A DNA stretch of 64,000 nucleotides from an uncultured Gemmatimonadaceae bacterium (lineage in GTDB: Bacteria > Gemmatimonadota > Gemmatimonadetes > Longimicrobiales > RSA9): positions 2,557 to 66,556 of the forward strand of contig CAYPGK010000003.1 in the NCBI GenBank assembly GCA_964410055.1, read 5' to 3'. A program made the position numbers and the translations under genes. Of the stretch, positions 8,910 to 16,779 are shown piece by piece; the first letter of the stretch is position 1, and every line of letters begins with the position of its first letter. The notes beneath the pieces are model-generated. The model was not told the DNA's origin and did no database searches. It saw only the letters and a program-made list of their open reading frames with translations.

Positions 8910-9542
8910 ATGACGGACGAACAGCGGATGAACGACGAGCAGGCCGCGGCGGCTGGCGCGGCCGATATGGACATCGACGGCGTGGCGGCGGCGGACGCGG
9001 CCGCCGAGGGCGGGGTCGCGACCGAGCCCGCAGGCGCGGAGTCGGCGGAGGGCGTCGCCGCGGAAGCGGACGCGGCGGCCGAGCTGGCGGCGCTTCGCGC
9101 CCAGCTCGATACGCTGAACGACCGCTACCTGCGCCTCGCGGCGGAGTTCGACAACTACCGCAAGCGCACGGAGCGGGAGCGAGGCGAGGCGTGGACACGC
9201 GCCCAGGCCGATCTGGTCGTCCGCCTGCTGGAGTCGCTCGACGATCTCCAGCGCGTAGCCGCGTTCGAGGCCGATGGCGCCAGCGTGGAATCGGTCCTCG
9301 AGGGGGTCCGCCTGGTCGAGAAGAAGTTGCGCGGCGAGCTCGAAAGCGCCGGCCTCGTCGCCGTCGAGGCGGAGGACAAGCCCTTCGACCCGATGACCAT
9401 GGAGGCGCTCATGACCGTCCCGGCGGAGCGGCCCGAGGACGACGACGTCGTCGCGGACGTCTTCCAGAAGGGCTACCTCTTCAAGGACACGCTCATCCGC
9501 CCCGCGCGTGTTCGGGTGCGGAAGTACGAGCCTCAAGAGTAG
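8910..9542 (+). CDS. grpE: nucleotide exchange factor GrpE
   Basis: Internal ATG at 8910. Coiled-coil LRAQLDTLNDRYLRLAAEFDNYRKRTERE and C-terminal beta domain ..VFQKGYLFKDTLIRPARVRV. Confidence 0.9.
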   Translation: MTDEQRMNDEQAAAAGAADMDIDGVAAADAAAEGGVATEPAGAESAEGVAAEADAAAELAALRAQLDTLNDRYLRLAAEFDNYRKRTERERGEAWTRAQADLVVRLLESLDDLQRVAAFEADGASVESVLEGVRLVEKKLRGELESAGLVAVEAEDKPFDPMTMEALMTVPAERPEDDDVVADVFQKGYLFKDTLIRPARVRVRKYEPQE

Positions 9543-9551
9543 GCGCGGGCG

Positions 9552-10664
9552 ATGGCTTCGGCGACCACGAAGGATTACTACCAGATTCTCGGCGTCTCCG
9601 AGTCGGCCACGGCGGACGAGATCAAGAAGGCTTATCGCCGCCTCGCCAAGCAGTACCACCCCGACGCCAACCCGAACGATGCGGCCGCCGCCGAGCGCTT
9701 CAAGGAGGTCGGCGAGGCGTACGGCGTGCTCTCCGACCCGGAGAAGCGCGCCAATTACGACCGCGTCCGCCGCATGGGGCCCTTCGCCGGCTTCGGCGGG
9801 GCCGGCGCGGGGAACGCCTCCGCCGGCGCCGGCGGGTTTCGCTTCTCCGTCGACGACCTGGGCGACCTCGGCGGGATCGGCGACATCTTCAGCACCATCT
9901 TCGACATCGGCGGCCGCAAGCGCCGCGGCCGCACCGCGGCCGAGCGCGGCCGGGACGTCGAACTCACCGTCGACATCGATTTCCTCCTCGCCGCACGCGG
10001 CGGGAAGACGACCGTCCGCATCCCCGTGAACGAGGACTGCGCCGCCTGCGCGGGGTCGGGGAACGCGCCCGGGTCGCGCCCCACGACTTGCGGCGAGTGC
10101 GGCGGGACCGGACGGATCTCCTTCGGCCAGGGCGGCTTCGCCGTCAACCGGCCGTGCCCCGCATGCTACGGGCGCGGCCAGATCCCCAGCGACCCCTGCC
10201 GCGCATGCGGCGGAAGCGGCCAGCACAGGGAACAGCGTACCGTCTCCCTGACCGTGCCCGCCGGCGTGGAGACCGGCTCCAAGATCCGCCTTTCCGGACA
10301 GGGAGAGCGAGGCGTCGGCGGCGGTGCGCCCGGAGATGTGATCATCACTTTCCGCGTCAAGCCCCACCGCTTCTTCGAGCGCGACGGGCTCGACATCCAT
10401 TGCACCGTCCCGATCAACATCGCCCAGGCGACGCTCGGGTCCCGCATCCGCGTCAACACCATCGCCGGCAAGCGCGTCGCGCTCCGCATCCCGCCCGGCA
10501 CGCACTCCGGGACCCGGTTCCGCATCCCGGGGCAGGGGATCGAGAAGAGCGGCCGCCGCGGCGATCAGTACGTCAAGGTCCGCATCGTCGCCCCCGAATC
10601 CCTCACCGAGGAACAGGCGGAGGAGTTCCGCAAGTTCGCGGAAGGCGCCGGCCTGCGCTGGTAG
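9552..10664 (+). CDS. dnaJ: molecular chaperone DnaJ
   Basis: J domain with HPD (QYHPDANP), a G/F region and four CxxCxGxG zinc motifs ([32 protein letters not shown]). Confidence 0.95.
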   Translation: MASATTKDYYQILGVSESATADEIKKAYRRLAKQYHPDANPNDAAAAERFKEVGEAYGVLSDPEKRANYDRVRRMGPFAGFGGAGAGNASAGAGGFRFSVDDLGDLGGIGDIFSTIFDIGGRKRRGRTAAERGRDVELTVDIDFLLAARGGKTTVRIPVNEDCAACAGSGNAPGSRPTTCGECGGTGRISFGQGGFAVNRPCPACYGRGQIPSDPCRACGGSGQHREQRTVSLTVPAGVETGSKIRLSGQGERGVGGGAPGDVIITFRVKPHRFFERDGLDIHCTVPINIAQATLGSRIRVNTIAGKRVALRIPPGTHSGTRFRIPGQGIEKSGRRGDQYVKVRIVAPESLTEEQAEEFRKFAEGAGLRW

Positions 10665-10741
10665 CGGGGCGGCGCGTGCGCTGATCCGGCTCCCACCGTG
10701 TTCGCTGATCCGGACCCGGCGCGGCCGTCGGCGCGACGCCC

Positions 10742-11131
10742 GTGGAGCGGATCGAGCGGCTGGTGCACGCGGCCTTCGATCTGGTCCGCGAGAATCTCCC
10801 CTTCTGGCGCCTCTCCTATCAGCCCCGGATGCAGCCGGGCGTGGTCGAAGGGCTGGGCGCAGGGGTGGGGGAGTGGATCGAGGCGACGCGGCACCGGCTC
10901 GAGTCGCTCCTGCGGGAGGCAGGCGTGCCGTCCCCCGAGCTGCAGTCGCGGCTCCTCTTCGCGGCGATCGACGGTGCCGCGCAGCATTTCGCACTGGACC
11001 CGGAGCGCTACCCGGTCGAAGAGGTGGCGGACGCGCTCGTCCGCCGCTTCCTCGTCCCGGTCACGAACAGCATCGACGAACCGACACAGGAGATCCGGGC
11101 CTTCATCGCGGGGCTCGAGACCAGGGGGTAG
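10742..11131 (+). pseudogene. TetR-family regulator remnant (C-terminal ligand-binding domain only, HTH missing)
   Basis: The 129-aa ORF shows a TetR_C-like pattern (..LLFAAIDGAAQHFALDPERYP..). An in-frame TGA at 10706-10708 and the dnaJ stop at 10664 leave no room for the ~50-aa N-terminal HTH. Confidence 0.5.
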
Positions 11132-11236
11132 GGGAGAGATAGGGGGTAGGGCCGGGAAGCCGCGCCCACGCACGAGCGATCCCGGCCCCGGCCCCGCTTG
11201 CAACGAAGACCGGGCACAGAGGCGCGCCCGGTCGGA

Positions 11237-11392
11237 TCAGTACCCGCTCACCGTGTCCATGGGCATCTCGCCCGCCGGCGGGGTTTCGACGAACTCCTCC
11301 TGTTGGGCGCCGCTGTCGCAGGCGATCCCCAGGAAGGGCAGCGCCAGCAGGGCGAGGAGGCGCAGGGCGTAGGCGTTCCGCTTCCGTCGCAT
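11237..11392 (-). CDS. small putative lipoprotein (51 aa), below the ORF-track size cutoff
   Basis: My translation is MRRKRNAYALRLLALLALPFLGIACDSGAQQEEFVETPPAGEMPMDTVSGY. It has a basic n-region, a hydrophobic core and the lipobox FLGIA-C, with AAGGGAG 6 nt upstream of the ATG at 11392. Confidence 0.45.
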   Translation of the reverse strand: MRRKRNAYALRLLALLALPFLGIACDSGAQQEEFVETPPAGEMPMDTVSGY

Positions 11393-11513
11393 ATCCAGCT
11401 CCCTTCGACTACACGCGGTTTCCGCTCGGGCGGGCGCGCCCTCGACGGAGCGGCCCCCACGTTCGATAGGAGCAATCGCCGTACCGCGGCGGATCCGCTA
11501 AGTGACGGGGCGG

Positions 11514-12581
11514 CTAGCGGATCCGCCCTCCGCCCACGAGCACCTCGCCCCTGTAGACGACGCCGGACTGCCCGGGCGTGATCGCGCGCTGCGGGGTCTC
11601 GAGGCGAAGCCGCACCGTGTCGCCGTCGGCCGCCTCGACGACGGCCGGCACGGCGGGCGCGCGGTGGCGGACCTGGACCTCGACACGCTCACCGACGGCG
11701 GGCGGCTCGGCCAGCCAATTCAGCCCGCCGAGCTCGACGTCGGTCCGCTCGAGCTGAGACGCATCGCCGACGACCACCTCATTCGTCTTCGGTCTCACGC
11801 CCAGCACGTAGAGCGGCCGGCCGAACCCGCCGCCGAGCCCCTTGCGCTGCCCGACCGTGTAGCGCGCGTACCCGCCGTGCTCGCCCACGACCGCGCCGGC
11901 GGGCGTGACCATGCGCCCGGGCGAGAGCGCCGGGTGGTCCGGCCCGAGCCGCTGCGCCAGGAAGTCCGTGTAGTCGTTCGTCGGGACGAAGCAGATCTCC
12001 TGCGACTCCGGCTTGTCCGCCGTCGTGAGCCCCAGCTCGCGCGCCCGCTCGCGTACCTCCTGCTTGGTCAGCTCGCCGACGGGGAAGAGGAGGTGCCGGG
12101 CCACGTCGCGCGGCACGCCCCACAGGAAGTAGCTCTGGTCCTTCGCCCGATCGACGCCGCGCAGCACCTCGTGCGCGCCGTCGTCGCGCACCCGCGTGCG
12201 CGCGTAGTGACCCGTCGCGATCGCGTCCGCGCCAAGCATCCGCCCCTTTCGCAGCAGGTCCGGGATCTTCGTGTTCGAGTTGCAGTTCACGCACGGGTTC
12301 GGCGTCCGGCCCGCAACGTACTCGGCGACGAAGTCGTCGATCACATCCCGCGTGAACGCCTCCTCCATGTCGAAGACGTAGTGCGGGATCCCGAGCCGGT
12401 CGCACACCGCGCGGGCATCCATGATCCCCTCGAGCCCGCAGCAGGTGTTCTTCGGACCGTCGTTCTCCGAGTAGCAGAACGTCTTCATCGTCGCGCCGAT
12501 GACGCGGTGCCCCTGCTCGACCAGGAGCGCCGCGGCGAGCGACGAGTCGACGCCGCCGGACATCGCAACCAGAATCGTCAT
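11514..12581 (-). CDS. mnmA: tRNA 2-thiouridine(34) synthase MnmA
   Basis: Internal ATG at 12581. PP-loop VAMSGGVDSS, RTPNPCVNCN and C-terminal barrel domains are present. Confidence 0.93.
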   Translation of the reverse strand: MTILVAMSGGVDSSLAAALLVEQGHRVIGATMKTFCYSENDGPKNTCCGLEGIMDARAVCDRLGIPHYVFDMEEAFTRDVIDDFVAEYVAGRTPNPCVNCNSNTKIPDLLRKGRMLGADAIATGHYARTRVRDDGAHEVLRGVDRAKDQSYFLWGVPRDVARHLLFPVGELTKQEVRERARELGLTTADKPESQEICFVPTNDYTDFLAQRLGPDHPALSPGRMVTPAGAVVGEHGGYARYTVGQRKGLGGGFGRPLYVLGVRPKTNEVVVGDASQLERTDVELGGLNWLAEPPAVGERVEVQVRHRAPAVPAVVEAADGDTVRLRLETPQRAITPGQSGVVYRGEVLVGGGRIR

Positions 12582-12636
12582 CCCGATCCCTTCCCGTGGC
12601 CCTTCATGCGACTTCTTTCGCCGGGCCGACCGATCT

Positions 12637-13788
12637 TCACTTCCGCACCCGCGGCGCGACACGCGCGAAGCGCTCGGCCGCCGCGTCGATCTCCGCCTCG
12701 GTCGTCGCCCTCCCGAGGGAGAAACGGATCGATGCGTCGTCCGGCGAGCCGCGCCCCATCGCCACCAGGACGTGGCTCGGCTCCACCGTCCCGCTCTGAC
12801 ACGCCGAGCCGCTCGAGACGGCCACGCCCTCCAGGTCGAGCGAGACCAGCATCGCCTCCTGATCCGCGTCCGGGAGCGAGACGTTCAGGATGTGCGGCAG
12901 CCGGTCCGCGCCATCGGCGTTCACGACCAGGTCCGGGACCCGGTCCAGGAGGAGCGCCTGGAGCCGGTCGCGCAGCGCGGCGAGGCGCGCGGCCTCGGCT
13001 TCGCGCTCCCGGTCGGCCAGCTCCGCCGCGAGCGCGAACGCGATCGCGCCGGCCACGTTCTCCGTACCCGGATGCACGCCGCGCTCCTGGCCGCCCCCGT
13101 GCACGAGCGGCTCGATCTCGACGCCGGCCCGCACGTACAGCGCGCCGATCCCCTTCGGTCCGCCGATCTTGTGCGCCGTCACCGTGAGCAGGTCGACCGG
13201 GACCCGGTCGACCCGGACCGGCACCTTCCCGAGCGCCTGGACCGCGTCCGTGTGGAAGACGACGCCCGCTTCGCGGCAGCGCGACGCGAGCGCCTCCACC
13301 GGCTGCAGCGTCCCGACCTCGTTGTTCCCCCACATCACCGAAACGACCGCCGGATTCGCCGGGAGCGCCTCCTCGAGCGACTCCGGCGGAACGCGCCCCT
13401 GCTCGTCGACGCCGAGGACCACGAGCCGCGCGCCCTCCCGCCCCGCCGCCTCCGCCGCGCCGAGCACCGCCCGATGCTCGATCGCCGAGTACACCACCGC
13501 CCCGCCCGCGCCCGTGTCCGAGCCGCCCCGCGCCGCACGCCACCGGCCCAGCACCGCCAGGTTGTCCGAGACCGTGCCGCCCGACGTGAAGTAGACCTCT
13601 CGCCGCGCCGCCCCCAGGACCGCCGCCAGGCGCTCCCGCGCCTCTTCCAACCGCATCCGCGCCTCCCGACCCCACGCATGCGGGCTCGATGGATTCCCGG
13701 ACACCTCCGCCAGCGCCTCGCACATCGCGTCCAGCACCTCCGGTCGCACCGGCGTCGTGGCCGCGTGGTCGAGGTAGATTGGGTTCAT
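12637..13788 (-). CDS. nifS: cysteine desulfurase (NifS/IscS class V aminotransferase)
   Basis: ATG at 13788 after GGAGAC. LDHAATTP, PLP lysine TAHKIGGPKGIGALY and active-site SSGSACQSG are present. It lies upstream of mnmA. Confidence 0.9.
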   Translation of the reverse strand: MNPIYLDHAATTPVRPEVLDAMCEALAEVSGNPSSPHAWGREARMRLEEARERLAAVLGAARREVYFTSGGTVSDNLAVLGRWRAARGGSDTGAGGAVVYSAIEHRAVLGAAEAAGREGARLVVLGVDEQGRVPPESLEEALPANPAVVSVMWGNNEVGTLQPVEALASRCREAGVVFHTDAVQALGKVPVRVDRVPVDLLTVTAHKIGGPKGIGALYVRAGVEIEPLVHGGGQERGVHPGTENVAGAIAFALAAELADREREAEAARLAALRDRLQALLLDRVPDLVVNADGADRLPHILNVSLPDADQEAMLVSLDLEGVAVSSGSACQSGTVEPSHVLVAMGRGSPDDASIRFSLGRATTEAEIDAAAERFARVAPRVRK

Positions 13789-13914
13789 TTTCGTCTCCGT
13801 CGGTTCCAGTCTTCGCATCCTACCCCGGAGGCGCGCCTGGGTCCCGGGATTCGGGGGAGAAGGTCCTAGGTATCAGCATCGCGTCCCGCAGATAGACTCG
13901 CGCCGCCCGCGCCT

Positions 13915-13945
13915 GATACCTGAGACCTGAGACCTGAGACCTGCA
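13915..13945. repeat. heptanucleotide tandem repeat (ACCTGAG x3 plus a partial copy) in a divergent promoter region
   Basis: ACCTGAG starts at 13918, 13925 and 13932, with ACCTGCAG at 13939 and a further ACCTGAT at 13954. GATACCTGA occurs at 13915-13923 and 13951-13959. The inverted partner AGGTATCAG lies at 13868-13876. Confidence 0.85.
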
Positions 13946-14007
13946 GTCCCGATACCTGATGTCCCCCCCCGGCCCTAGACTTGCACCCCGAACCCCTTAG
14001 ATTGCCC

Positions 14008-14385
14008 ATGGACCCCTTCGCCCACCTCTGTCCGGAGTCCGACATGGAAACCTCCGCTCCACCGCCTTTGCCGGCACACCGGCCGGCGTGCTTCCGCGCC
14101 ACCGTGCACGGCACCGTCTTCGGTGACAGAGCACAACTCCTCGAATCCCTCCACGACGGCGACGAACTCCTCCTCATCCCCGACCCTCCCCTCGACGACG
14201 ACCCCGGCGTCTGGATCCACCTCCCGAGCGGCGACCCCGTTGGCCACCTCCCGCCCGAGATCGAGGCATGGCTCGCGCCCTGGATGCTCAGGGGCGGGCG
14301 GGCGACGGCGCGTGCGCTACGGGTGCGCGGGCCCGAGGTCCCGAGCTGGAGGCGCCTCCTCATCGAGGTCACCTGCGCCGCCTGA
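14008..14385 (+). CDS. stand-alone HIRAN-like domain protein (hypothetical)
   Basis: Third-position G+C is strong. FRATVHGTVFGDRAQLLESLHDGDELLLIPDPPLDDDPGVWIHLPSGDPVGHLPPEIEAWLAPWM fits the HIRAN pattern (vvG..y......l..Ge.l.L.repdN..D..Ai.v....g..vGylp.e.a..lap.l). The start is uncertain (TTG 13981 or ATG 14008). Confidence 0.5.
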   Translation: MDPFAHLCPESDMETSAPPPLPAHRPACFRATVHGTVFGDRAQLLESLHDGDELLLIPDPPLDDDPGVWIHLPSGDPVGHLPPEIEAWLAPWMLRGGRATARALRVRGPEVPSWRRLLIEVTCAA

Positions 14386-14472
14386 CGCCCGACCACGAGC
14401 CGGCGGCGACGGGAATGAGAGCCGCCCGCGCCGGGCCGCACCATGGCCCGCCGTCACGCGAGGCTGTCTCGT

Positions 14473-14501
14473 TGGGACATCCCTGGGACACGGATGGGAC
14501 A
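14473..14501 (+). promoter_or_regulatory. three direct TGGGACA boxes with exact 11-bp phasing (candidate transcription-factor site)
   Basis: TGGGACA occurs at 14473-14479, 14484-14490 and 14495-14501, each separated by 4 nt (7+4 architecture). The site lies in non-coding DNA. The repeats are certain; the function is inferred. Confidence 0.4.
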
Positions 14502-14684
14502 CCGCTGGTACGAAAAATCCATGCATGATTATACGGCACGAATGATAACCGGTGGAGTCGCAAGATGTTGGATGTGACCGGCATGAGTGGGCACGGGCGG
14601 ACCGGCTCTTGCACCATCGGGAGGACGGCCGGTATCACGCACAATTAGTCCCCACCTGTGCTGGTAAATAGCTGTACCCACGAA

Positions 14685-14740
14685 TCCGCGCCCTCGGACG
14701 AACGTCCCCGAATCACTCGCCTCGGCCCCGAGGGCGCGGA
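14685..14740. terminator. 13-bp perfect inverted repeat between convergent genes (terminator-like hairpin)
   Basis: TCCGCGCCCTCGG (14685-14697) pairs with CCGAGGGCGCGGA (14728-14740), with a 30-nt loop. It lies 22 nt beyond the bshB1 stop and is followed on the + strand by AAATCCTCTCCTTTC. Confidence 0.45.
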
Positions 14741-14761
14741 AATCCTCTCCTTTCGGAACGA

Positions 14762-15541
14762 TCAGAAGCTATTGACGTCGAGAGCGACGACGTCGTCGAC
14801 GCGGAGCGTCTCTCGGGTGACGAACGGCTCGCCGTAGGGACGGCGAATGAGTGAGCCGTAGTGTGCGGCGTGTGCGCGGAGCTGCTCGCGCAGCGGTCGC
14901 TCGCCGCCGCCGAAGACCTCGCCCATTGCGGTCTTCCCTTCGAACTGTGAGCCGAAGGCGAAGATCGCGTCGAGCTTTCTCTCGAACTGGTCGGTGATGT
15001 CGACGACGAAGGAGGGCTGCACCGGTTCTTCGCGGTAGGCCAGGGCGTAGAGAACCTTGTGGGGCCGGTGCGGCTCGCCGTCGATGGGTGCACGGCGGAG
15101 TCCCGCGAGGAAGCAGGCGTCGTAGCCGAGCTGGCTGGCGACGCGGTGGTCGGGATGCCGGCCCTCGGGCCAGTGGAGGATGACGACGCGGGGCCGGAGC
15201 CGGCGGATGTGCCGGGCGACGGCCCAGCGTGCGTCGGGCGTGTTCTCGAGCGCCGCGTCCGGGAGCCCGGCATTGGCGCGGACGGATAGCCCCATGATCC
15301 GCGCGGCGGTTTCGGCTTCTTCGCGCCGCCCGGCCACGTCGCCCCACGTCCCGCTCTCGCCGCCGGTCAGGTCGAGCACGCCGGTCCGGTAGCCCTGGTC
15401 CGCCGCGCGGATGAGAGTACCGCCGCAGAGGAGCTCTGCGTCGTCGGGGTGCGCCATGATGGCGAGGAGATCGACTTCGGGCGCCGACCCCGCCGGGTAT
15501 GCGGCGGGGTCGGTCTCGTAGGGAGGGGTATTCTCGGTCAT
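14762..15541 (-). CDS. bshB1: bacillithiol biosynthesis deacetylase BshB1 (LmbE/PIG-L family)
   Basis: LAIMAHPDDAELLCGGT, DLTGGESG...RREEAETAARIMG and GRHPDH are collinear with B. subtilis BshB1. ATGA overlap with the upstream permease gene. Confidence 0.82.
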   Translation of the reverse strand: MTENTPPYETDPAAYPAGSAPEVDLLAIMAHPDDAELLCGGTLIRAADQGYRTGVLDLTGGESGTWGDVAGRREEAETAARIMGLSVRANAGLPDAALENTPDARWAVARHIRRLRPRVVILHWPEGRHPDHRVASQLGYDACFLAGLRRAPIDGEPHRPHKVLYALAYREEPVQPSFVVDITDQFERKLDAIFAFGSQFEGKTAMGEVFGGGERPLREQLRAHAAHYGSLIRRPYGEPFVTRETLRVDDVVALDVNSF

Positions 15542-16776
15542 TCGTAGCGCAAAGCGACGACGGGGTCCATGCGCGCGGCGCGCCAGGCGGGCCAGAGGCC
15601 GAAGAGGACGCCGGCGCCGGCGGCCATGACCAGCGCGGCGGCGACCGCCCAGAGCGGCACGGTCGCAGGGATCGGCGAGACGGCCGCGACGAGCGCGGCG
15701 AGCCCGCCGCCGATGGCGAGGCCGAACGCACCGCCGATCAGTGTGACCGTCGCCGATTCGACGAGGAACTGCCAGAGGATCTCGCCGCGGGTCGCGCCGA
15801 TGGCCTTGCGGATGCCGATCTCGCGGGTCCGCTCGGTGACGGCGATCGTCATGATCCCGATCACGCCGACGCCGCCGACCATGAGACCGACGGAGGAGAG
15901 GGCGAGCATCACGATGAAGAAGACGCCCGTGATCCGGTTGAAGGTCCGGACCATCTCCTCCTGGCGGATGACGGCGAAGTTGTTCGGCTCCGCGGGCCGG
16001 AGCCCGCGCGAGACGCGCAGGTAGGTGATGACCTGGTCCATCGCCTCCTGCTGCGTCGCGTGGTCGGCGGTCACGACCAGTGCGGAGAGCCAGCGCTGGT
16101 CGAGGCCGAGGTGCTTGATCGCCGACGTGTAGGGCACCACGGCGAAGTGCTTGACCGCACTGTTGAAGATGTTCTCGGCGAGCTTGTAGACGCCGATGAT
16201 GCGGAACGGCATGCCGCCGATCCGGATCGTCCGTCCCACGGGATCGAGCTGTCCGAACAGCTCCTCGGCGAGCGGCTCGGAGACTACCGCCACCGGTCGG
16301 GAGGCGGTGAGGTCAGCCGGCAGGAAGTCGTGCCCGGCCACGAAGGCGCCCTGCGTGTAATCCGTCCAGCCGACGCTCGTCGACGAGATCTGGACGCTGG
16401 TGAGGCGCTGGTTGCCGGCAGTGATGTCCCGGTTGACGTTGCCGTCCACGATGGCGGTGCGCACCGTGGACAGCCGGGCGATCGCCTCGATCTCGGCGAC
16501 GGTGATCGGGTCGTTGTCCATCCACGCCGGCCGGCTGCCGTCGCTGACGATCTGGACGTCGTTGAAGTCGAAGCGCGAGACGATGAAGTTCTTCGGCCCC
16601 GCGGCCTCGATCGATTCGAGGATGCTGCCGCGGATCCCGGAGATGACCGCGCTCATCGCGACGACCGTCGCAACGCCGACGACGATGCCGAGGATCGTCA
16701 GCGCCGACCGGAACTTGTTGGCGCGGAGCTGGTCGACCGCGAGCTGCATCCCTTCGGCGAAACTCTCTAAGCGCAT
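15538..16776 (-). CDS. MacB/FtsX-type ABC transporter permease (second paralog)
   Basis: N-terminal TM, a large periplasmic domain, three C-terminal TM segments with the FtsX motif ERTREIGIRKAIGA, and a tail ending DPVVALRYE. Confidence 0.9.
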   Translation of the reverse strand: MRLESFAEGMQLAVDQLRANKFRSALTILGIVVGVATVVAMSAVISGIRGSILESIEAAGPKNFIVSRFDFNDVQIVSDGSRPAWMDNDPITVAEIEAIARLSTVRTAIVDGNVNRDITAGNQRLTSVQISSTSVGWTDYTQGAFVAGHDFLPADLTASRPVAVVSEPLAEELFGQLDPVGRTIRIGGMPFRIIGVYKLAENIFNSAVKHFAVVPYTSAIKHLGLDQRWLSALVVTADHATQQEAMDQVITYLRVSRGLRPAEPNNFAVIRQEEMVRTFNRITGVFFIVMLALSSVGLMVGGVGVIGIMTIAVTERTREIGIRKAIGATRGEILWQFLVESATVTLIGGAFGLAIGGGLAALVAAVSPIPATVPLWAVAAALVMAAGAGVLFGLWPAWRAARMDPVVALRYE

Positions 16777-16779
16777 GAC

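Noticed and set aside
13915-13960. CTGAGA and ACCTGAT strings reminiscent of the TPP riboswitch core.
   Set aside because: They arise from the heptamer tandem repeat. The other TPP-riboswitch elements (the GGGGUGC-type P2/J3-2 and the pyrimidine-sensor helix) are absent, and the downstream gene is unrelated to thiamine.
14369-14644. 91-aa minus-strand ORF in the orphan spacer.
   Set aside because: It overlaps the 3' end of the HIRAN-like gene, has no RBS or family resemblance, and its composition does not look coding. The spacer is better treated as non-coding, with at most a micro-ORF.
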